Of a DNA stretch of 64,000 nucleotides, positions 26,010-36,741 are shown one piece after another. This DNA is from Octopus bimaculoides (Eukaryota). Position numbers and translations under genes: made by a program. How positions within the stretch are numbered: the stretch's first letter is position 1; each line of letters begins with the position of its first letter. Location of the stretch: the NCBI RefSeq assembly GCF_001194135.2, contig NC_068991.1, forward strand, positions 9,342,775 to 9,406,774, given 5' to 3'. The notes beneath the pieces were generated by a model that worked only from the letters and a program-made list of their open reading frames with translations, had not been told where the DNA came from and did no database searches.

Positions 26010-27211
26010 TTAATAACGTTAGTAATGATAGAAGCTGCTTCGCAAGCCAAAGAAGACTCTTCATCTTAAGTTGACTCTCGGAAAAGAAAATGACATGGCA
26101 GAGCTTTGTCGCAAGGTGCAGTGCTTCTCTGCATTTCGAATGCGTTGAAGAACTGCCAAAAATATTAAGAGCTTTTATATGTTCACTAAAAAGTAGTTGA
26201 AAGAAGCTCTAGCCGATGTTTGGTGCTTTGTCGTTTCTATCGATCGGAGTAGGATCTAATGAAAACGTGTATCTGATCTTTGAGGCTGAAGATGAGATAA
26301 GGGAAATGGGAGAAATGGTGCGTCATAAACTCACTCATAAACTAGTGCCGAAATGCATGGGTCGATGCAACATAAGTATTAAGGCCAATGACTTCGGTTT
26401 AGACGATAAATCTTGGTGCCGAATGAACCGGTGGTGAGTGCTGAGGTAACACCAAATGATAGCAGATTTGGTTGGCTCTGCAATAAACATAGAAGCCCTG
26501 ATGATCTTTGAAGACCACAAAGCTATTCATGAGCTGAGTTCAGTCGTGGGTGTTGAGAGAAAGAGGAAAAGATTACAAACGGGATACAGAAAACCCAACA
26601 AACCTATGACGAAAAGCGTTTGGGTCGTGACCATCCCGTCTCTGATATATGGTATACTATCGCCTTGGGTCGAGCAATATTTTATGAGTTGAACTTGGTA
26701 TGCAGAAACTGTGTAAAAGCCCATTGTATACACATACGTGTCTGTGTGCGAGTGAAAGAGAGGGGGGAGATTATAAATTCCTTATGCAATTTTAAATTTG
26801 CATAAATTAATATTTTTGATATGGTAGAATTATTCTGTGAAAAGGTTCAGTGAGAGAATTTATTTCATTTTTAGATTGAAATATTTTTGATTGTTAATTT
26901 TCAACATATCCACCGCCATTATGCACACAAAGCTTGAAGCGATTCTGAAGTTGCAGAAATACGTTTTGAGGCTGAATTTTTAAAATCACATTCGTTATCC
27001 TATCCCGCAAGCCATCTCAACAAGTTTGGTCAAATAAATAGCTATATTTAAATGTTTCCGTTAAAAGTTGAAGTAAATATAATTTTTTTTTTCTATTTTC
27101 AAAAGCAATAGTTACCATATTTGATAGCATAAAAGACACATGCATATTAAACACACCCTTAATTTCAACAACGCATATTCTGGGAAAAAAATTATCAGTG
27201 CATTAAATTTT

Positions 27212-28281
27212 ACGACTTCGGAATCTCTTACAACTCTTCTGGGCGGTTTCCTTGTTTAAATTGGTGAATGCTGCCGTAATCCTTGCCTTTAGTTCATCTT
27301 TAGTGTTACAAGAAGTTTTATTGGTCTCTCGCTCAACTGCGCCCCACACATAGTAATCAAGGGGTTTCAGTCTGGGGAGTTAGGTGGCCAAATGTTAGGG
27401 GTGATGTGGTTGCAGAAATTGTCTAACCGCCATGACTGGGTTCTCCTGTTTGCGTGACATAGGCTCTTCCAGCAACCACCCTGCTGACCCAGGCACTTGA
27501 TGTAGGCCTCCGTGCTGAGTCTGAGGTCGTGTGGGAAGATGAATGGAGGCATAACGTCGCCATCACTAGTGATCACTCCAAACACCATGATGCTTGACTG
27601 GACGTTTGATTTTTATCACTCTCGGTACATGTTTTGGGGGACACGGCAAGCCAACGGTTGTTCTGTGTGTTCACCATTTTGTGAAAAACCAAAGCATGTT
27701 CAGTTGGAGGGGATGCTTGAGTTTATTCAACAGCTTCGTAGTGCGGCCTTCCCTCTTGTTCTTGATGGCTTGGGATAAAAATTGGTCCTTTATCATCTTG
27801 TATGTGGAATATCAAATGTCTTCATGCACTACCTGCCTGATAAGCAACTCATCCACTCCTATGTCCTTGGTGATGGACCTGATTGACTTGGAGGGATTGT
27901 TGTCAATCATGGCCTGGGTCTCACCAACAAATTCATGAGTTATTTTCTTATCAGAACGACCAGAGTGAGTTTTCCGAGCTGCCGTACCTTCGTAATCATC
28001 ATTAGACTCATCCAACTCTTTCCGAATCCTCTGCACTGTCCTCAAATTGACACCGAAACACTCTGAAATGTTTGTATTGGGGCTTCTGGTATGAATACCA
28101 AGCAGTACAGCATGCCGTTTCCAATTTTCTAGCAGAGTGAATTGCGCCATGGTACTGTTTTTCTCACAGACGGTGCCCAATTGACCCTACTATACTGTGC
28201 AGTCGACAGAATCAAAAACAAACAACGCGCATACGCAAAATTAAAGATATAAAATGGCGACAATTTACTCATCGCACCCTG
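27212..28281 (-). mobile_element. Defective Tc1/mariner transposon, maT (DD37D)-like
   Basis: TA-CAGGGTGCGATGAGTAAATTG terminus at 28281; HTH-like N-terminus; MVFGVITSDGDVMPPFIF and WPPNSPD*NPLDYYVWGAVE motifs; segments carrying the first two catalytic Asp are deleted; second TIR absent. Confidence 0.85.
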
Positions 28282-28287
28282 TATGTA

Positions 28288-28367
<80 letters not shown>

Positions 28368-28784
28368 CATGTATGTATATGTGTGGGTGTGTATTTGTGT
28401 GTGTATTATGGGTGTGTTTGTGCTTGGGTAGGTGATCTGAATAACAGTATGAATAGAAATAATCTCCCCCAAAATATCACAATTTCCCAAACAATAGTTT
28501 CGTTAAACTCATGAGAAAGATTTCTTTGTCTTTCTTTTTCTTTTTCTTTTTCTTTTTCTGCGAGATGGGTGTGATACCTTCGTTTAATCTCTCAAGACCT
28601 TTCTTGAGAGAAAGCAAGATATCAGCGTTTTTGCTTCATTCTTTAGTATTACTATTTCATACTTAATCATCTTTTTGTTTTGTTTTTGTCTTTTTTTGTT
28701 TTTTTGCTTTGTTTTTTTTTTCCTGAGAAGGGTAAGATTATGCCTTTGTATAGCCTCTCCCGGTCCTCATTTTTCTTAATGTTA

Positions 28785-29095
28785 CAACCATATGGAAGTG
28801 AGATGTTGAGGTCTTGTGGGTCGTTCATCCTGCAAAACTCGAACGATTCTTGGAGTTACTGGCGCAGCATAGAGGAGAGTCATAAATTTCACCATCGAAG
28901 CTTCAGAGAAGGCTACGAAGTGGTTTTGGATAAGGAGGCCAGAGCAGTGGTTTGTTGCTGCTGGGATGCAAGCTGGGGCTTGACCAACACTTGGCTGAGT
29001 CAACAGGGTGAGTAGGTCTGATGTTGAAAAACTCGAAACTACCATGGACTCCAGAAATGTCACTAACGATGCATCCATTACATCCATTTCATCTT
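28785..29095 (+). mobile_element. 3' fragment of an RLE-type non-LTR retrotransposon (HERO-like)
   Basis: Translates as MEVRC*GLVGRSSCKTRTILGVTGAA*RRVINFTIEASEKATKWFWIRRPEQW, like EVGCRGF..LG..G..AAEKASRWLW.RR C-termini (from recall). Confidence 0.55.
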
Positions 29096-29399
29096 AATAC
29101 CAAAACTATCTGCTTTTAGAGCTTTGCCTGATTATCACGAACCGGAAAATTGGTAAGGTACAAAATAAAAGGAAACGTATATACTATACATGTTTTGTTT
29201 TTTTTTGTTCCTTAACTTCAAGTCTAGACTTCTAATCCCACCAAATATTATAAGGAAATGGTTATCTCCCTTTTACTCGTCGACGCCACATCTTTAGTCT
29301 TCCTCTTTCATATTTGATAATCTTCTTCAACATCTACTTCCATTTCATACCAGCTGTTGTTCAGTCAACACTAACCAATCTTTTTTTTTTTTTTTGTCA

Positions 29400-29480
29400 C
29401 TAGGCACTCCGTCGCTTACGACGTCGAGGGTTCCAGTTGATCCGATCAACGGAACAGCCGGCTCGTGAAATTAACGTGCA
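29400..29480 (-). mobile_element. SINE family C/D 3' tail fragment
   Basis: ggcactccgtcgcttacgacgtcgagggttccagttgatccgatcaacggaacagc. Confidence 0.8.
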
Positions 29481-29660
29481 TCCCAGGAGCAGCAAACCAC
29501 TGCTCTGGCCTCCTTATTCAAAAGTACCGACTTTAAGCACGCATGTGCAGGAGGCAGTGTAACAATAATAACGATATGTTATGGCGAAAGTACGGATAAT
29601 TTTTTGACTTACCCTTGTATTTTCTAAAGTTATTATATTTCCCAAAAAGATTAGTAAAAA

Positions 29661-29804
29661 GCGTGAGCATGGCTGAGTGGGTTAGAAGTTTGCTTTGCAG
29701 CAACCTGGTTTGGTGTTCCATCCTCTGCGTGACGCCTTCGACATATGTCATCTACTATAGCCTCGGACCGACCAAAGCTTTATGAATGAATTTGGAAGCC
29801 TGTC

Positions 29805-29837
<33 letters not shown>
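29661..29837 (+). mobile_element. SINE family B 5' half, ending at its internal (TA)n
   Basis: Head, tctactatagcctcggaccgaccaaagc, then gcctgtcgtg(ta)n. Confidence 0.7.
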
Positions 29838-29841
<4 letters not shown>

Positions 29842-30030
29842 GTTGGCAACTAAGTTCCCGCCGTTTTTTTAAATTTCGGAATTTATTGCGTTTTTAAATT
29901 TTGGAATCTATTTCTTTTTCGTTTTTTCCGAATTCCTCACGCAAAGCATTGGCCAACTTGGAGCTGCAATAGAGAAACATTTGCTCTAAGTACAGCTCAG
30001 TTCTCAAGAACCACCCGAAGCGTTTGGTTG
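29838..30030 (+). mobile_element. mariner terminus (mellifera-type TIR) and adjacent subterminal sequence
   Basis: TA-TTGGGTTGGCAACTAAGTT; no partner TIR found; the right boundary is approximate. Confidence 0.6.
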
Positions 30031-31011
30031 CAGCGAAGCAAACTTATAGCTACACGGCTTTACCTACATTTTTTTTTAATTACTTTTTATCTTGTGGTAA
30101 TATATCAGGGAGTGAAATTTATCTAAAAAACTTGTTGCGTGCCTAGAAAAAGAATCTCAATTTAGTTAGCTGGAATATTTCTCGAGTGGTTCTTAACAGG
30201 AACTGTGAGTGGTATTGGCGACAGAGTGTCGTCGCTACTATTTCCTTCACTCTTCAACAGTTTCTGATCTTCTCTCTGTTGCTGGATTCTCACAGCTACC
30301 CACACCAAAATTCCAACTCTTTCGCTATTATTATATTCATCTCTCCTTCTTCATTGAGTATTGCTTTAACTCCCCTTGCACCCAGGGTTTTCATTCTTTG
30401 TTCATTATTTCATTCATTCACGTTCTTATTTTTTTCTTTCATTCATGCATATATTCTTTAATTCTTTCATACATTCTTCCTTTCATTCAAAGCTAAGAGA
30501 GAGGATGAATGTTCTTATAGGGGGACAACCGCATCTAAGGGNNNNNNNNNNNNNNNNNNNNNNNNNNNNNNNNNNNNNNNNNNNNNNNNNNNNNNNNNNN
30601 NNNNNNNNNNNNNNNNNNNNNNNNNNNNNNNNNNNNNNNNNNNNNNNNNNNNNNNNNNNNNNNNNNNNNNNNNNNNNNNNNNNNNNNNNNNNNNNNNNNN
30701 NNNNNNNNNNNNNNNNNNNNNNNNNNNNNNNNNNNNNNNNNNNNNNNNNNNNNNNNNNNNNNNNNNNNNNNNNNNNNNNNNNNNNNNNNNNNNNNNNNNN
30801 NNNNNNNNNNNNNNNNNNNNNNNNNNNNNNNNNNNNNNNNNNNNNNNNNNNNNNNNNNNNNNNNNNNNNNNNNNNNNNNNNNNNNNNNNNNNNNNNNNNN
30901 NNNNNNNNNNNNNNNNNNNNNNNNNNNNNNNNNNNNNNNNNNNNNNNNNNNNNNNNNNNAAAAGCCTCAGAGTCGTTTAAAATTATTACGATAGATTTTT
31001 CTTATTCTTCT

Positions 31012-31096
<85 letters not shown>

Positions 31097-32242
31097 TTGG
31101 CCTGCTTTTCATCTCACAACAGACAGTGAATTCGTGCGTCCGTGACTTTATATCCAATACTAGTGTCGAGTCGTGAAGAACAATTAAATTCTACGAACTT
31201 CAAAGGGAATCAGTAGACTACAAAGAAACTAATGACTGCCTTTATCTACCTTGGCAAGTAGTCAGTGAGGAGGTTCACAAAGTAATATTAGTAGGCCAGG
31301 ACAAACAGGGGGGATCTGGCGTTTCTTTTCGTCGTGTCAAACTAGCTTATACCACTCAGTGAACTTTTTCTACGAGCTTCAATTGAACCGGCTGTCAAGC
31401 AACAAGAATTAGCTTTTCTAGAAACATTCTGCTTACTTGCGGTTCGGTTTACTTGATGACAAGCAAAATGGTGGAAGAGAGCGTGAATCTGTCCTAAGAA
31501 CGAAATAGTATTTGCGTGTGAATGTGTGCTTGTGTGAGTGTGTGTGTGCGTGTCTGTGTGTTTCTGCAGAAAGAGGGGAGGGGGTGAAATGGAGACAGAA
31601 GATAGAGGCAACAAGGGAGATAACTGAAGTGTGGTGATAAAATCCGTGCGGCCTACATTGCAGGTTCGCTGACATGTTGAGTCATTTCACTCTACCTCCA
31701 CCAACATGTGAGACTCTTTAAGGTCACCAGACCTGCCAGAAACAGCAGCCAAATTCCCTGTAATTTATGCCCAACCGTTTAAAAAAAGATAACTATAACT
31801 ATATTGCGTAGTCTTGGATAAATGATAGGAAAAAAAACAAACAAACAAACGTGATGATTATGCCTGAAACGCTTTTGATGATAAGCCTATTCAGTCAGAT
31901 TTGGTACATAAGGTTAAACAACTAATTACTTGTATCTGCCATTTCCAATCGTAGTTAAAGCCAGAAGAGTGGACTAGGCTCTCATAGACTTGCTCTTTAT
32001 GCGTTTCACCAACACGTAATAGACTTACTCTCGCTCTCTCCTTCTTTCTCTCTCTCTTTCTTTCTTTCTCTTTCTCTCTTATCTAAAAAGTGCGAAACTA
32101 AATACTATAATGGCGTTTGTTTCGGTGTATAATCTTATCAGCCAAGCCATCTTCTCTGTCCGAAACATGAATAATAGAAACAAAACGTTAATTGTCGCAC
32201 GCTGATTTTTTTCTTTCTTTCTTTATCGTGAACAAAATGAAA

Positions 32243-32335
<93 letters not shown>

Positions 32336-32958
32336 TGTCTGTCTGTGTAGATGTACTTAATGTACGTTTCTAGACATTGTGGATGAGATGGTAGGTATCC
32401 ATAATGTGTCGAGCAACTTAAAATATATTCATGACAAATAATTGTTTCAAGTCTATTTGTTGTTTTTTTTTTATTTATTCGTATTTCTATTTTAACAAAT
32501 TGAGTGAGAATCAGTTTTCCAAATGATTGTAAAGATTCTTTTAAGTTGCCCGGGTTGTAAGGCATTCGCTGCTGGATGTTGTTATTGCTGCTGTTGTTGT
32601 GACTATGATGATGATGATGATGATGACGATGATGATGTTGCTGCTGCTGCTGCTACTACTTAGCCGCAGACCAGCACTGACTGAACAGATTTGTGGTCAA
32701 AGTTACTTCAGCTGCAACAATCTTGTCTTATATGTAGTCGTATCGCATCTCAGGCTACGTTGTGCAATATATATAGCCTTTCCTGTCTAGACGATTTGGT
32801 CTGATTGAAGGGAGATTTTGGTATTATTTCTAGAAGTCGATTATTCTTTGAGAAAGTGGGAGTGAGAGAGAAAGAAGCTCAGATGTCAGCTTAATACTAA
32901 TAATGGTTTTGTTTGAGATAAAAACCATACTCTTTCTCAATTGTATGAAGGGTGACCA

Positions 32959-33021
32959 GTAAATTCCACCTTGGTAAATTCCACCACGGAAAATTTTACC
33001 AGGTAAATTCCACCATGGTAA

Positions 33022-33024
<3 letters not shown>
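32959..33024 (+). repeat. 15-bp-period GGTAAATTCCACC array, probably the subterminal repeats of a MULE-like element
   Basis: Five units at 32959, 32973, 32988, 33002 and 33017; followed by (ATT)n and a gap. Confidence 0.6.
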
Positions 33025-33083
<59 letters not shown>

Positions 33084-33324
33084 NNNNNNNNNNNNNNNNN
33101 NNNNNNNNNNNNNNNNNNNNNNNNNNNNNNNNNNNNNNNNNNNNNNNNNNNNNNNNNNNNNNNNNNNNNNNNNNNNNNNNNNNNNNNNNNNNNNNNNNNN
33201 NNNNNNNNNNNNNNNNNNNNNNNNNNNNNNNNNNNNNNNNNNNNNNNNNNNNNNNNNNNNNNNNNNNNNNNNNNNNNNNNNNNNNNNNNNNNNNNNNNNN
33301 NNNNNNNNNNNNNNNNNNNNNNNN

Positions 33325-33660
33325 GATCGCGGTTTCGATTCCCAGACCGGGCGTTGTGAGTGTTTATTGAGCGAAAACACCTAAAGCTCCACGAGGCTCC
33401 GGCAGGGGATGGTGGCGAACCCTGCTGTACTCTTTCACCACAACTTTTTCTCACTCTTACTTCCTGTTTCTGTTGTGCCTGTAATTCAAAGGGTCAGCCT
33501 TGTCACACTGTGTCACGCTGAATATCCCCGAGAACTAGGTTAAGGGTACACGTGTCTGTGGAGTGCTCAGCGACTTGCACGTTAATTTCACGAGCAGGCT
33601 GTTCCGTTGATCGGATCAACTGGAACCCTCGACGTCGTAAGCGACGGAGTGCCAAAAACA
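33325..33660 (+). mobile_element. SINE family D, near full length (5' end in the gap)
   Basis: B-box head; unique middle; 3' part shared with family C; ends cgacggagtgccaaaaaca. Confidence 0.8.
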
Positions 33661-34090
33661 AATACTTGTGCTTGTCTATTTTCAAATACATGTCACTAAC
33701 CGTTCTGAGTTATTTCTCTTACTTCATTTTTTTGCTTAAATTATGTCTATTTACTCGTTTTTAGAAGTAATAATATCAGAATATGTTGTTATGTGTGTGT
33801 GATCTGATCACTTACATTGTATATCGACACAGTGAGGTGATAGACCGCAGGTGTGTGAGGAAACACGTGTGAAATTAAGCGTGAAATGGAATAAATGGGT
33901 TATTGGAAATAGTGTTTCTATATCGTGAATATGGCGAATACATTAGGACGTCAATAACCTTGCGCGCGTGTGTGTGTGTGCGCGCGCGTGCGTACATGTG
34001 TCTGTGTAAATAGAAGAGGTAGGAAGACAAAATTATAACACAATGTGTCTGTGTATCTGTGTATATATATATACATATACACATATACAT

Positions 34091-34120
34091 ACTAGCGGAG
34101 ATACCCGGCGTTGCTCGCGA
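34091..34120 (+). mobile_element. Helentron/Helitron-like 5' terminus
   Basis: T-ACTAGCGGAGATACCCGGCGTTGCTCGCG resembles ACTAG..ACCCGGCGTTGCCCGGG ends. Confidence 0.5.
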
Positions 34121-34868
34121 GTAAAATGTCATAGTTTGTATATATACATATACANNNNNNNNNNNNNNNNNNTATATATATGTAACTGTGTATTTACAAT
34201 GCATTGTTGAGGTAATGTAATAAGAACGAAATATGTCCAGAATTGTCACCATAGATACCAAAAACCAGACTCATTCCCTAACCCTGCAAATCTCTATTTA
34301 TTCTCTGGTCCATTGAAATATAGAGTTCTCTCCCTTGCCCCATTTGTTAGTAATTTTCATTGCCGTTAATGGATTTTCTTCTCATTACAGTTATAATGCA
34401 CTCTTTCGAAAAATCACTATCTTCATTTATTTATTTTATTTTAACAAGTAACACTCGCCGAACGTGTGCTGTCAAGTGTGTCTGCATCACCTGATCAATT
34501 ATATTGTATCTCGATGCAGTGAGATGATAAACCACAGGTGTATGATAAATACAACGATGAAGTTAACTGTAAAAGTGAATAAATGAATGCATTGAAATAG
34601 TGCTTGCGTAATAAATCGTGAATCCGACTAAAACATTAGAATGTTAATACCAATATATGTCCGTGTGTATGTGGATTCAGATATATAAATAGATAGAAGA
34701 GGAGATAGATGTATGAAATGATGGTGAGCTAGCTAGCTAGCATTTCATCCATGAATGAGACTATAACTTATCTATCTTTCTTTCTTTCTAACTGTCTGTC
34801 TCTCTATGGAGAGACAGACAGTTAGAAAGATAGAAAGACAGACAGACAGGCAGATAGATAGACAGATA

Positions 34869-35102
34869 GGCGGCGAGCTGGCAGAAATGTTAGCACGCCG
34901 GGCGAAATGCTTAGCGGTATTTCGTCTGCCGTTACGTTCTGAGTTCAAATTCCGCCGAAGTCGACTTTGTCTTTCATCCTTTCGGGGTCGATAAATTAAG
35001 TACCAGTTACACACTGGGGTCGATGTAATCGACTTAATCCCTTTGTCTGTCCTTACTTGTCCCCTCTATGTTTAGCCCTTTGTGGGCAATAAAGAAATAA
35101 GA
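34869..35102 (+). mobile_element. SINE subfamily A2, little diverged
   Basis: Near-identical to 11264-11498. Confidence 0.85.
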
Positions 35103-35418
35103 TTTTGTATGTCTGGAATTCAACTTCATGCATGCTATTGAAATTGTCATTCTGCAAGATTTTGATTGTAAGCTGGAGTAAGAGTTTTCGGAAGTAGTAC
35201 GACACTGTTTACTTTGTTGTCTTCCGTGACTTTTATTTTCAAATTCAATTTGATAAGTGCCAACGCACGAAACTCTCGGCCCTTAATTCACTCTGTTCTT
35301 GCTTGCATCACCGAATCTGTATTTTCAAATTCATATATTTGAATTCTATGATATAAAATGTATTGATAATCAAATTTTATTTATTTATTTAACCAAACTT
35401 TTTTATCATTTTCCACAG

Positions 35419-35931
35419 GGTAAAGGTCGCATGGAAAGCTACTGGCTGAATGCAAAAACGAAGAAAATCAGGCTACCGAATCGAAGAATCAAAATAAAAA
35501 AAGCAACCAGTGTGAAATATAAGGCAGAACACATTATTCTTGAACAAAGCGAAGAACTGGACGACCGTCTAACACCGGATGTTACTAATAAGCTACTAAA
35601 CGACTTGGAAAACCCAGACACTGTGCATTCTGAAAGATCTGAAGTGTATTCTCCTGTTAGTTATGAAACAACTGATAGCTCCACTGGGAGCTCTCCGGGG
35701 CGGCGTCCTAAAAAGAAATCCGCCACTCCAACGTATTGCCCCGTTCACTGCAGCCGCTGCTTAGAGAACAACTCGAACACAGACATTTGCAAACAGAGCG
35801 GGTCGACGGAATTGTTAACTAAGGCGGATGATAACATGTTTAAATCAGATTTTGCTGCAGCAAATGGAATGCCGAAAAAATTTGCGTCAAGAACAGGCAA
35901 AAGAAACAGCAGTTTATGTTCTCTGATTTAA
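35419..35931 (+). CDS. Gyc88E: sGC terminal exon: GKGRMESYWL plus C-terminal tail ending CSLI (170 aa, then stop)
   Basis: ttccacag acceptor; continues EIDVK into GKG.M.SYWL after an intron of about 18.9 kb; open to TAA at 35929-35931. Confidence 0.9.
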   Translation, partial: GKGRMESYWLNAKTKKIRLPNRRIKIKKATSVKYKAEHIILEQSEELDDRLTPDVTNKLLNDLENPDTVHSERSEVYSPVSYETTDSSTGSSPGRRPKKKSATPTYCPVHCSRCLENNSNTDICKQSGSTELLTKADDNMFKSDFAAANGMPKKFASRTGKRNSSLCSLI

Positions 35932-36204
35932 TTCCTAAAGTCTATTTAGACGACTCTAGCGGCCATATCTAAAAACTAAACAAAAAAAATCAAGTCTAAA
36001 CAAAAAGAAAGAGTATAACACTGTTTTATTATATTTATTGTTTTGGTTTTGGTTTTTGGTAACATTTTTTTTTCTTTTTGAAGACTGATATTGTTAATTA
36101 CGTTAATAATATTTCAATTATGTGTCATGACCGATTCTTTATTAGTGTTGTTGCTGTTCTTGTTCTGTTTTCTTGGGGTTGTTTTCTCCTTTGTTTTTTC
36201 TTTT

Positions 36205-36418
36205 TTGGTAGAATCATTAGCACACCGGATAAAATTCCTTGCGGTATTTTTTCCGGCTTTTTTACATTCTGAGTTCAAATCTCACCGAGATCATCTTTAC
36301 CGTTCATATCTCCGGAGTCGATAAAATAAAGTACCAGTCAAGTACTAAGAGTCGATGTAATCGACTAACCTGTCCTTTAAAACTGCTGACCTTGTGTCTA
36401 TGTGGGGAAACTGTTAGT

Positions 36419-36513
<95 letters not shown>

Positions 36514-36740
36514 GGCGGCGAACTGGCAGAATCGTTAACACGCTGGACGAAATGCTTAGCGGTATTTCGTTCGTCTTCACGTTCTGAGTTCAAATTCCGC
36601 CGAGGTTGACTTTGCCTTCCATCCTTTCGGGGTTGAAAAATTAAGTACCAGTTGAGTACTGGGGTCGATCTAATCGACTGTCCCCTCCCACAAAATCCAG
36701 GCCGTGTGCCTATAGTAGAAAGGATTATTATTATTATTAT
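36205..36740 (+). mobile_element. Two head-to-tail family A SINEs separated by (ATT)n at 36421-36511
   Basis: Second copy is 36514-36724 with a gtagaaaggattatt tail. Confidence 0.8.
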
Positions 36741-36741
36741 T

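Larger units (their letters stand above)
206..35931 (+). other. Gyc88E: 3' half of an atypical soluble guanylyl cyclase gene (Gyc88E/beta3-like); join(206-335,995-1141,1564-1710,9204-9360,11675-11784,16411-16500,35419-35931)
   Basis: Seven exons with AG/GT boundaries and compatible phases give 1 carried-over nt plus 430 codons and a stop. The peptide follows the Gyc88E-type sequence from recall ([52 protein letters not shown]). The symbol denotes family likeness, not proven orthology. Confidence 0.9.

Noticed and set aside
27105-27210. Possible pogo/Tc2-like terminus beside the broken end of the maT element
   Set aside because: Similarity is too weak and no partner end was found
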